Positions 1-11,461 of a stretch of DNA of 64,000 nucleotides are shown piece after piece. The notes under the pieces are model-generated. The model was given only the letters and a program-made list of their open reading frames with translations, did not search any database and was not told the origin of the DNA. The position numbers were made by a program, and so were the translations under genes. This DNA comes from Pristiophorus japonicus (lineage: Eukaryota): positions 117,118,001 to 117,182,000 of the forward strand of contig NC_091989.1 in assembly GCF_044704955.1 (NCBI RefSeq), written 5' to 3'. Each line of letters begins with the position of its first letter. Positions within the stretch are counted from its first letter, which is position 1.

Positions 1-1946
1 AAGTTGGTCTGCTGACAGACAGGCAGACTTGGAACTGGACATGGTAGGACTGTCCAGGAGAGCATCCAGCTCACCCGTTAGCTCCTTGATGTCTTGGGTA
101 GGATTCCCACAACCATCGAGAATCTCACTGCAACCATTACAGAGGTAGGGTCACAGATTGTCGGTGCGAGCCGTGAAACCTGCAAGACCATCAAATAAGG
201 CTGATGGCCTCCAGCAGTGACACTGGAGTCCTGGAGAGTGTGACGCGAAGCCTTGCCGAATATGGTACATCACAGGCGCAAGCTCTGCTTCAACTTGGGC
301 AGGTGATGCAGTCCATAAACCCTTCCGCCATACTCTCTGCGTTCCCCAGTGTCACACCCAGACTCACAGCACCTGTGATTGTCGACGCCGATTAAGAGGC
401 TCGCCAGTCAGATGCCGGGCCATCTACGCCACAAGCTGGTCCAATGTCTCCCCAGGCGGCATTTCCAATGTCTCACCCCCTCTCCCCAAACACAGCAGCG
501 CTCTGGCAGCATTACTGCATGCCATCTTGGTGCTACTAGGAGCAGCAGGTAAGGAAGGGGGATAAGGGTAAAGGGGGGAAAGCCGGTGGTAAAAGACAGT
601 AGGGCAGGGGTTGCTGCATTCTGTTCTGCATTCTATTATTTATAATGTTGTTATTGTTAAATAATCATACTGCTGGATGCAGATAATTTATGTTATTTTA
701 TTAAAGTTTCAAAGTTTCAAAATTAAGTTAATGAAGTTATAAAAGTTTACAATGCTCATAAATTTTTTTGTTCACCTTAGCCATTCCTGTGTAGTGTCTC
801 ATTTGCAGAATAAGGGGGGAAATAGTCAACATGGTGGGATAGAATGGCCAGGCAACGTCAAACATGCCGTTCACTCTTCAAGCAAAGCGTTCAATTAGAA
901 GCTGCTGACGTAAGGCTTTTGCAGCGGCGAAATTTCCACGATGCCTCCCTTGTGGTCGTGGTGGGGGTGGGGGTGGAATGGGTTCCTCGCCAGGCTCCTG
1001 TTTCTAGTCTTCCTCCTCCTCCTCCTCCCCTCTCTCCTGAGGTGGTCCTGCAATCCCCATTGGCAAATCCTGTTCCCTCATGATGGCTAAGTTGTGTAGC
1101 ATGCAGCACACCACAATGAACTCAAAGACCTGCTGAGGGGAGTATTGCAGGCAGCCTCCAGAGTGGTCTAGGCATCGGAAGCGTTGCTTGAGCACTCCAA
1201 TTTACTGTTCGACGATGTTGCATGTGGCTGTATGGCTTTTATTATAGCGATGCTCGGTTTCTGTCTGAGAGTTCCGGAGGGGATCATGAGCCAGGTGGCG
1301 AGGCCGTAACCTTTGTCCCCCAGCATCCAGCTCTGGCCTTGTTGTTGATGCTGGAACATGTGTGAGACACTGCTATCACACAAGGTGAAAGAATCATGGA
1401 TGCTCCTGGATATTGGGCATTGACTGCCATGATGCGCTGAATATGGTTGCAGATGATCTGTACGTTCATGGAGTGGAATCCCTTTCGGTTTTGGTAAACC
1501 TCTGGATTATGTAAAGGTGTTCGCAGGGTGATGTGCTTACAGTCAAGGGCACCCTGGACCTTGGGGAAGCCAGCAAATTGTCCAAAGCCTACAACCCCCT
1601 CATTTTGGGTCTCCTTGGTCATTGGAAAGTTTATGAAGTCCATCCTGTGTGCATACAGTGCAGTCGTCACCTGGCGGATGCAGCAATGTGTAGCGTGCTA
1701 TGAGATGGAGCATATGCCCCCCGCTGATGCCTGAAAGGAACTGGAGGCATAGAAGGCAAGTGCCGCAGTCACCTTCATCTTCACCTTCATGTTGCCACTG
1801 GTTGGCTGTAGGTCTGCCTGTATGAGCTGGCTTATCTCTGCTAACACCTCTTTTTGGAAGCGCAGCCTTCTAACGCACTGGGCCTCAGAGAGCTGCAAGA
1901 ATGAGCGACGTTGGTGATATTTTTCCAGCGACTTGAGGTGTCTGCT
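1..1946 (-). mobile_element. Degenerate PIF/Harbinger transposon: HARBI1-like transposase pseudogene (~900-1940, -) with probable convergent ORF2 tail (+)
   Basis: Frameshifted ORFs carry GFPKVQGALDCKH, NRKGFHSMNVQIIC, WMLGDKGY and LKQRFRCLD...CCMLHN. AT-rich spacer at 620-780. ORF2 assignment of 1-600 is inferred from position. Confidence 0.85.
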
Positions 1947-4900
1947 GCAAAGGGGATGGAATATAAAAGCAGGGAAGTCTTGCTACAGCTATACAAGGTA
2001 TTGGTGAGGCCACACCTGGAATAGTGCGTGCAGTTTTGGTTTCCATATTTACAAAAGGATATACTTGCTTTGGAGGCAGTTCAGAGAAGGTTCACTAGAT
2101 TGATTCCGGGGAAGAGGAGGTTGATTTATGAGGAAAGGTTGAATAGGTTATGCCTCTACTCATTGGAATTCAGAAGAATGAGAGGTGATCTTATTGAAAC
2201 GTATATGATTATGAGAGGGCTTGACAAGGTGGATGCAGAGGATGATGGGGGAGACTAGACCTAGAGGGCATGATCTTAGAATAAGGGGCTGCCCATTTAA
2301 AACAGAGATTTGGAGAAATTTATTCTCTGAGGGTTGTAAATCTGTGGAATTCGCTGCCTCAGAGCTGTGGAAGCTGGGACTGTTGCATATGCAATAAAGG
2401 TTCAAACTGAGTACCGTTTAACTAAGGTACAACCTTGGCTCTGCTTTATTTAGGCCCAAAGTGTCTGACTCACAAAATGGCTGGCCTTTTATATCAGAGC
2501 AGCACCATGTGCGTGCTGCTCAGTGGCTTCCAACAATGACACCATCTGGTGGCTACAAACAGCATGTACATACATGACAATACCCTCCTCTGGGATCTTA
2601 TCACAGTCTTTCACAGGTTGAGACGGTCCGGTGCTTTCCGCTCCCGGGTTGACTGTCTCAGTTCGATTCCAGTCTTGGGTGAGTGTGCGGGGTCTGTTGT
2701 GGCTGGTGGCTGGATGCTGACTTGTTGCGGGTGGCAGTGGCCATGTCAGAAATTGCAAGTCCATTTTTATTGAACAAGTCCGTGATGGAAATTCTGGGTT
2801 CACTGATGACCCTTGAGTCCACTGAATGCTGCTGGTAGGTTGGTTGGTCATCGACGGTTTCTTCGTCCGACTGCTCTGGCTCGTCTGTGTGCCTCAGGTT
2901 TGTTTGATCCATGTGTTTCCTGCAAGTTTGCCCATTCTTGAGCTTAATAACAAATACTCTGTTGCCCTCCTTGGCCATGACCGTACCAGCGATCCATTTG
3001 GGACCCTGACCATAATTCAACATACATACAGAATCATTCACAGAAATCTCGCGTGACACAGTTGCGCGATCATGGTACCCTTGTTGACTCTGTCTTCAAC
3101 ATGATTACTTAAATTCGGGTGTACAAGAGATAACTTGGTCTTAAGACCTCTTTTCATCATGAGTTCAGCAGGCAAGATCCCTGTGAGTGTGTGGGGTCTT
3201 TTCCTGTAACTCAGTAGTATGCAAGACAAGCGGATCTGCAGTGACCTTTGGGTTACTCTCCTCATGCTTTGTTTGATAATTTGTACTGCACATTCAGCTT
3301 GCCCGTTGGACGCAGGCTTGAACGGTGCTGACCTTACATGTTTTATGCTGTTAAGTTTTACAAACTCCTGAAACTTCTGACTGGTGAAGCACGAACGATT
3401 GTCGCTCACCACTATGTCAGGCAGACTATGTATTGCGAACATGACATTGAGATTCTCTGTGGTTGCCGTGGACGTACTAGATGTCATGATTATGCATTCC
3501 ATCCACTTCGAATAAGCATCCACCACCACTAAAAACATGTTGCCCAGGAAGGGACCTGCAAAATCTACATGGATCCTGGACCAAGGTTTGGATGGACATG
3601 ACCACAGACTCAGCGACGATTCTGCTGGTGCTTTGCTGAGCTGCATGCGGGTGTTGCACTGATGCACGCATGCTTCCAGCTCAGAATCAATTCCTGGCCA
3701 CCATACATGGGACCTGGCGATGGCCTTCATCATCATACCAGGATGTGTGCTGTGTAACTCATGCACAAACTTCTCTCTCCCTTTCTTAAGCATTACAACT
3801 CAATTGCCCCACAATATGCAATCTGCTTGAATAGACAGTTTGTCCTTGCGACGAATGTATGCTTTGGCCTCCTCGCACATTTGCTTAGATATGGCAGACC
3901 AATCCTCTTTACCACCGATAATATCAGGTCCTGGCTGGTCCAGGTCTTAACTTGTTGAGCCGTAACAGGGGTACCTTCACTCTCAAAAGCATCCATGATT
4001 AACATTAAATCTGCCGATGGTGGCACTTCCACCTCCGGTGTGGGCAACGGCAACCGGCTCATAGCATTGGCACAATTCTCTGTGCCAGGTCTGTGGCGAA
4101 TGACATAATCATAGGCAGATAATGTCAGCGCCCACCTTTGGATGCGGGATGGAGCGTTCGTATTGATACCTTTGCTCTTGGAAAACAACAAAATGAGCGG
4201 CTTGTGATCGGTCTCTAATTCGAACCTCAGAACGAACAGGTATTGATGCATCTTTTTAAAACCGTACACACACGCTAAAGCTTTTTTTCTACCATACTGT
4301 AGGCTCTTTCTGTTTTTGACAAACTTTTGGATGCATACGTGACAGGTTGAAGTTTCCCCGACTCATTGGCTTGTTGTAACATGCAACCAATTCCATATGA
4401 CGATGCATCACAGGCCAAAACTAAACGTTTACATGGGTCACAATGTACCAGCAGCTTGTTCGAGCAAAGCAGATTGGTGGCTTTCTCGAAAGCTCTGTCG
4501 TACAATGCGCCCCACAACCAGTTGTTGCCTTTTCTCAATAGCATGTACATTTAGGAAGTTACCAAAGTAGTTGAGTAGGCCTAGGAACGAACACAGCTCC
4601 GTCACGTTCTGCGGCTTGGGTGCATTCTTGATGGCTTTGGTTTTCATGTCAGTAGGTCTGATGCCATCAGCGGCGATTTTCCTCCCGAGGAATTCAATCT
4701 CTGGCGCCATGAAGATGCACTTCCACACTTTGAGCGTTTAAGTCTGAGGCCCACTCTGTCCAAACGCAGTAGAACCTCTTCCAGGTTCTTCAGATGTTCC
4801 TTAGACTCATGACATCAGGATGTCATCTTGGAACACGACGGTGCTGGGAACGGACTTCAGTAGATTCTAATATTGCTGCACCCGAGCAAATTCCAAATGG

Positions 4901-5133
4901 GCATCTGTGGTAAATAAACACTCCATTGTGCGTGTTAATGCACGTAAGACTCTTCAACGTCTCGACCAACTCCTGCGTCATATAGGCGACGTCAAATCCA
5001 GTTTTGTGAACGACATCCCTCCGGCTAGCATCACAAACAAGTCATCAGCCTTCAGTAACGGGTACTGATCTTGTTTCAAGACGCTGTTGATCGTAGCCTT
5101 GTAGTCTCCACAGATTCTGACTGTGCCATCACT

Positions 5134-8100
5134 GCTGAGAATGATGTGAATAGCACGTTTAGCGAGTTGGTCTTACTGCAGGTAAAGGGTACATAGCCAG
5201 ATAGTAAATGGGTGACCAACAGGAAGAGCAGTGCAAGGAAGGTAGTGCAGGGGTCCCCTGCGCTCATCCCCCTGCAAAACAGATACACCGCTTTGGGTAC
5301 TGTTGAGGGGGATGACTCATCAGGGGGGAGCAGCAACAGCCAAGTTCATGACAACGTGGGTGGCTCTGCTGCACAGGAGGGCAGGAAACAGAGTGGGAGA
5401 GTTATAGTGATAGGAGATTCGATTGTAAGGGGAATAGATAGGTGCTTCTGCAGCCGCAACCGAGACTCCAGGATGGTATATTGCCTCCCTGGTGCAAGGG
5501 TCAAGGATGTCTCGGAGCGAGTGCAGGACATTCTGAAAAGGGAGGGTGAACAGTCAGTTGTCGTGGTGCACATAGGTACCAATGATATAGGTAAAAAATG
5601 GGATGAGGTCCTACAAGACGAATTTAGGGAGCTAGGAGTTAAATTAAAAAGTAGGACCTCAAAAGTAGTAATCTCAGGATTGCTACCAGTGCCACGTGCT
5701 AGTCAGAGTAGGAATCACAGGATAGCTCAGATGAATACGTGGCTTGAGGAGTGGTGCAAAAGGAAGGGATTCAAATTCTTGGGACATTGGAACCGGTTCT
5801 GGAGGAGTTGGGACCAGTACAAAGCGAATTGTCTGCACCTGGGCAGGACCGGAACCAATGTCCTAGGGGGAGTGTTTGCTAGTGCTGTTGTGGAGGAGTT
5901 AAACTAACATGGCAGGGGGATGGGAACCAATGCAGGGAGACAGAGGGAAATAAAATGGAGGCAGAAGCAAAAGATAGAAAGGAGAATAATAAAAGTGGAG
6001 GACAGAGAAACCCAAGGCAAAAAACAAAAATGGCCACATTACAGCAACATTCTGAAAGGGCAAAGTGTGTTAAAAAGACAAGCCTAAAGGCTCTGTGCCT
6101 CAATGCAAGGAGTATTCGGAATAAGGTAGACGAATTAACTGCGAAGACAGCAGTTAACGGATATGATGTAATTGGCATCACGGAGACATGGCTCCAGGGT
6201 GACCAAAGCTGGGAACTCAACATCCAGGGGTATTCAACATTTAGAAAGATAGGCAGAGAGGAAAAGGAGTTCGGGTGGCGTTGCTGGTTAAAGAGGAAAT
6301 TAATGAAATAGTAAGGAGGGACATTAGCCTGGGTGATGTGGAATCGGTATGGGTGGAGCTGCGGAATACCAAAGGACAGAAAATGCTAGTGGGAGTTGTG
6401 TACAGACCACCAAACAGTAGTAGTGAGGTTGGGGACAGCATCAAACAAGAAATAAGGGATGTGTGCAATAAAGGTACATCAGTTATCATGGCGACTTTAA
6501 TCCACATATTGATTAGGCTAACCAAATTGGTAGCAATGCGGTGGAGGAGGATTTTCTTGAGTGTATTCGGGATGGATTTCGAGATCAATATGTCAAGGAA
6601 CCAACTAGAGACCTGGCCATCCTAGATTAGGTGATGTGTAATGGGAAGGGACTAATTAGCAGTCTTGTTGTGCGAGGCCCCTTGGGGAAGAGTGACCATA
6701 ATATGGTAGAATTCTTTATTTAGATGGAGAGTGACATAGTTAATTCTGAAACTAGGGTCCTGAACTTAAGGAAAGGTAACTTCGACGGTATGAGATGTGA
6801 ATTGGCTAGAATAGACGGGCAAATTATACTTAAAGGGTTGACGGTGGAAAAGCAATGGCAAACATTTAAAGATCACATGGATGAACTTCAGCAATTGTAC
6901 ATCCCTGTCTGGAGTAAAAATAAAACGGGGAAGGTAGCTCAACAGTGGCTAACAAGGGAAATTAAGGATAGTGTTAAAACCAAGGAAGAGGCATATAAAT
7001 TGGCTAGAAAAAGCAACAAACCTAAGGACTGGGAGAAATTTAGAATTCAACAGAGGAGGACTTGGGTTTAATTAAGAGGGGGAAAATAGAGTACGAGAGG
7101 AAGTTTGCAGGGAACATAAAAACTGACTGCAAAAGCTTCTATAAATATGTGAAGAGAAAACGATTAGTGAGGACAAACGTAGGTCCCTTGCAGTCGGATT
7201 CAGGTGAATTTATAATGGAGAACAAAGAAATGGCAGACCAATTGAACAAATACTTTGGTTCTGTCTTTACGAAGGAAGACACAAATAACCTTCTGAAAGT
7301 ACTAGGGGACGGAGGGTCTAGTGAGAAGGAGGAACTGAAGGATATCCTTATTAGGCGGGAAATTGTGTTAGGGAAATTGATGGGATTGAAGGCAGATAAA
7401 TCCCCGGGGCCTGATAGTTTGCATCCCAGAGTACTTAAAGAAGTGGCCCTAGAAATAGTGGATGCATTGGTGATCATTTTCCAACAGTCTATCGACTCTG
7501 GATCAGTTCCTATGGACTGGAGGGTAGCTACTGTAACACCACTTTTTAAAAAAGGAGGGGGAGAGAAAACGGGTAATTATGGACCGGTTAGCCTGACATC
7601 AGTAGTGGGGAAAATGTTGGAATCAATCATTAAGGATGAAATAGCAGCGCATTTGGAAAGCAGTGACAGGATCGGTCCAAGTCAGCATGGATTTATGAAA
7701 GGGAAATCATGCTTGACGAATCTTCTGGAATTTTTTGAGGATGTAACTAGCAGAGTGGACAAGGGAGAACCAGTGAATGTGGTGTATTAGGACATTCAAA
7801 AGGCTTTTGACAAGGTCCCGCACAAGAGATTGGTGTGCAAAATCAAAGCGCATGGTATTGGGGGTAATGTACTGACGTGGATAGAGAACTGGTTGGCAGA
7901 CGGGAAGCAGAGAGTCGGGATAAACGGGTCCTTTTCAGAATGGCAGGCAGTGACTGGTGGAGTGCCGCCAAGCTCAGTGCTGGGACCCCAGCTCTTTACA
8001 ATATACATTAACGATTTAGATGAAGAAATTGAATGCAATATCTCCAAGTTTGCAAACGACACTAAACTGGGTGGCGGCGTGAGCTGTGAGGAGGACACTT

Positions 8101-8980
8101 AGAAGCTGCAGGGTGACTTGGACAGGTTAGGTGAGTGGGCAAATGCATGGCAGATGCAGTATAATGTGGATAAATGTGAGGTTATCCATTTTGGGGGCAA
8201 AAACACGAAGGCAGAATATTATCTGAATGGCGACAGATTAGGGAAAGGGGAGGTGCAATGAGACCTGGGTGTCATGGTTCATCAGTCATTGAAAGTTGGC
8301 ATGCAGGTACAGCAGGCAGTGAAGAAGGCAAATGGTGTGTTGGCCTTCATAGCTAAGGGATTTGAGTATAGGCGCAGGGAGGTCTTACTGCAGTTGTACA
8401 GGGCCTTAGTGAGGCCTCACCTGAAATATTGTGTTTAGTTTTGTTCTCCTAATCTGAGGAGGGACAGTCTTGCTATTGAGGGAGTGCAGCGAAGGTTCAC
8501 CAGACTGATTCCAGGGATGCTGGACTGTCATATGAGGAGAGACTGGATCAACTGGGCCTTTATTCACTGGAGTTTAGAAGGATGAGAGGGGATCTCATAG
8601 AAACGTATAAGATTCTGACGGGACTGAACAGGTTAGATGCGGGAAGAATGTTCCCGATGTTGGGGATGTCCAGAACCAGGGGACATTGTCTTAGGATAAG
8701 GGGTAAGCCTTTTAGGACTGAGATGAGGAGAAACTTCTTCACTCAGAGAGTTGTTAACCTGTGGAATTCCCTGCCGCAGAGAGTTGTTGATGCCAGTTCA
8801 TTGGATATATTCAAGAGGGAGTTAGATATGGCCCTTATGGCTAAGGGGATCAAGGGGTATAGAGAGAAAGCAGGAAAGGGATACTGAGGGAATGATCAGC
8901 CATGATCTTATTGAATGGCAGTGCAGGCTCGAAGCGCCAAATGGCCTACTCCTGCACCTATTTTCTATGTTTCTATGTTT
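5134..8980 (+). mobile_element. Near full-length CR1 LINE (family B) inserted in the Gypsy RT
   Basis: ORF1 with SGNH esterase motifs; broken ORF2 with APE endonuclease (CLNARSI, GITETW) and RT (QHGF..GKSCLTNL, SVLGP.LF.IYINDL). (TTTCTATG)n tail. Gypsy reading PIVP...SDGTVRICGDY resumes on both sides. Confidence 0.95.
5212..5907 (+). CDS. CR1 ORF1 C-terminal SGNH/GDSL esterase-like domain
   Basis: VIGDSIVRG (block I), LPGARV, HIGTNDI (block III), xLHL (block V). Confidence 0.8.
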   Translation: MTNRKSSARKVVQGSPALIPLQNRYTALGTVEGDDSSGGSSNSQVHDNVGGSAAQEGRKQSGRVIVIGDSIVRGIDRCFCSRNRDSRMVYCLPGARVKDVSERVQDILKREGEQSVVVVHIGTNDIGKKWDEVLQDEFRELGVKLKSRTSKVVISGLLPVPRASQSRNHRIAQMNTWLEEWCKRKGFKFLGHWNRFWRSWDQYKANCLHLGRTGTNVLGGVFASAVVEELN

Positions 8981-10855
8981 CAGGAACAATGGGGCTAGCC
9001 CATTCATTAAATTCGACTGGTGATATGATCCCTTCACGCTGGAGTCTGTCCAGTTCAATTTCGACCTTCTCCCTCATCATATATGGCACTGCCCGAGCTT
9101 TATGATGGACGGGTCTTGCATCTGAGTCCACATGGATCTGCACCTTGGCTCCCGTGAAGTTGCCGATACCCGGTTCGAACAACGAGGGGAACTTGCTCAA
9201 TACTTGGGCAGATGTATCTTGCTCCGACGACAACGCCTTTATGTCATTTCAGTCGCATCTGATTTTCTCCAACCAGCTCCTGCTGAGCAGCGTTGGGCCA
9301 TTGCCTGGAACAATCCACAACGGTAACTCGTGAACCACACATTGTACGACACATTAATTTGTGCAGTGCCAATCACCTTTATCAGTTCTTTGGTGTACGT
9401 GCGCAGCTTGGCATTAACAGGGCTCAGCCTGTGCCTCACATTCTTAGTATCCCACAGTTTATTAAATGCCCTCTCGTTCATGATCGATTGACTCGCCCCT
9501 TTGTCAGTTCCATCGATACCGGTATCCCATTAAACTTCACATTAATCAAAATTGGTTTACTCTTGGTTATGAACCTTTGGCATCTTGGATTGCATATCCA
9601 GATCCGTGCTAGTCTGATTCTCATTCTCCACGTGGTGTGTCGCAGCTCGCTTGCTCATCTGCGGACACTTGCGCTGGAGGTGCCCCACTCTCAGAAAGCC
9701 TCTGCAACTATATTGCTTAAATCGGCACTGCTGGTGCCGATGATTTCCCCCACAACGCCAACACGAAGAAGTCGGATACATTCCCTCTGGCGGATTTTGG
9801 GCAGCCACAGGCTTCGCGAACGCAGCCGGATAGGCACTGCCATGTGCCACTCTGCCAAACGCCGAATCAATCGCATTTACTGTACTTGCCGAGGTTCGGT
9901 TCTTCACTGCTATTTGCTTTAAACTCCTGTCTGTCATCAAACATGATTGAGCGATCTGGATGGCCCTTTTTAAATCCAACTCCTCCACCACCAGAAGTTT
10001 GCACAGGATCACCTTGTGATTGATACCGATAACAAAGAAGTCCCACAGCATGTCTGCCAACCCCGTCCCGAACTTGCACGGTCCCGCTAGACGTCTCAGG
10101 TCGGCAACAAATTCCGCCGCACTCTGGCCCTCCGATTGAACGTGTGTATAAAACCTGTATCTCGAGATGATGATGCCGTCGTCTGGCTTGAGGTGCTCCT
10201 GTACCAATGTACACAACTCCTCGTACGTTTTCACTGTTGGATCACTAGCCATGAGTAGATTCTTTATCAGACCGTAGATCTTTGAACCGCACACAGTGAG
10301 GAACACGGCCCGGCGCCGATCTGCATTGTCGACCCCCTTCATTTTGTTGGCCACGAAGTACTGGTTCAAACAGCTCACAAGGTCTGCCCAATCTTCTCCC
10401 TCCACAAATCGCTCTAAAAATCCAATCGTGCTCATTTTGCAAACAAAGTTTCTTGTATTCTCATCACCAAATGTTACGTATGCAATAAAGGTTCAAACTG
10501 AGTACTGTTTAATTAAGCAAGGTACAACCTTGGCTCTGCTTTATTTAGGCCCAAAGTGTCTGTCTCACAAAATGGCTGGCCTTTTATACCAGAGCAGCAC
10601 CACGTACGAGCTGCTCAGTGGCCTCCAACAATGACACCATCTGGTGGCTACAAACAGCATGTACATACATGACAGGGACATTGAATAAATTTAAGACAGA
10701 AATAGACAGTTTCTTGAACGATAAGGGGTTATGGGGAGCGGGCGGGGAAGTGGAGCTGAGTCCATAATCAGATCAGCCATGATCTTATTGAATGGCAGAG
10801 CAGGCCCGAGGGGCCGTATGGCCTACTCCTGTTCCTATTTCTTATGTTCTTATGT

Positions 10856-11134
10856 AAAAACCTGTTAGCGGCTCCGCACGGCGGGGGATTGACAAGTTCA
10901 GCTGAATTTAGGGAGGTAAGTATTTTTCTTTATTACAACCGGCGGTGCACTAACTGATGACTTACTTTCGGCGGTCATCAGTATCAGGCGGGATCAGGTC
11001 CAGGCTGAAAAATCCCCGACCTGAATTTCGATCAAGTCGGCCAGTTGACCCCAAAACGGCGACCATTCAATTTTGATGAATAGCCGCTGCAAACGGGCAG
11101 TAACGGGTCTCTCTGAGACCCTTAATTTCGGCCC
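10856..11134. mobile_element. Harbinger terminal arm, probably the 5' end of the element at 1-1946
   Basis: Ends AATTTCGGCCC, the reverse complement of the GGGCNNAAATT-type terminal inverted repeat (TIR) seen on other Harbingers here. CpG-rich. Linkage to 1-1946 is inferred. Confidence 0.55.
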
Positions 11135-11461
11135 ATAGAACTCTACAAATTACTCCAGGTGTGGCCTCACCAATGCCCTGTATAATTGTCGTAAGATTTC
11201 TTTACTCTTATACTCTAATCCCTTTGTAACAAAAGCTAACATACCATTTGCTTTCCTAATTGTTTGCTGTACCTGCACATTAACTTTCTGTGATTCATGT
11301 ACAAGGACACCCAGGTGCCTCTGAACGCAAACATTTCCCAGTCTCTCACCATTCAAAAAATATTCTACTTTTATGTTTTTCCTACCAAAGTGGATAACTT
11401 CACACTTCCCCACATTGTATTCCATTTGCCATGTTCTTGCCCACTCAGTAAACCTGTCTAT

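Larger units (their letters stand above)
2381..10674 (-). mobile_element. Full-length Gypsy (Mag/K02A2.6-like) LTR retrotransposon, decayed, containing a CR1 insertion
   Basis: TG..CA LTRs 2381-2579 and 10472-10674; 5-bp TSD GGGAC; PBS-like TGGTGATGAG next to the 5' LTR and purine tract next to the 3' LTR. gag 9557-10435 with CWRCGGNH knuckle; RT, RNase H and integrase fragments 2660-5130 and 8981-9550. Confidence 0.95.
1947..10855 (+). mobile_element. 5'-truncated CR1 LINE (family A) split by a Gypsy insertion: pieces 1947-2380 and 10680-10855
   Basis: LVRPHLE...RRMRGDLIETY motifs. Sequence joins across the insertion (gaagctgggac|attgaataaatttaagacag) as in the uninterrupted copy near 57480. 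(TTCTTATG)n tail at ~10840-10855. Confidence 0.9.
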
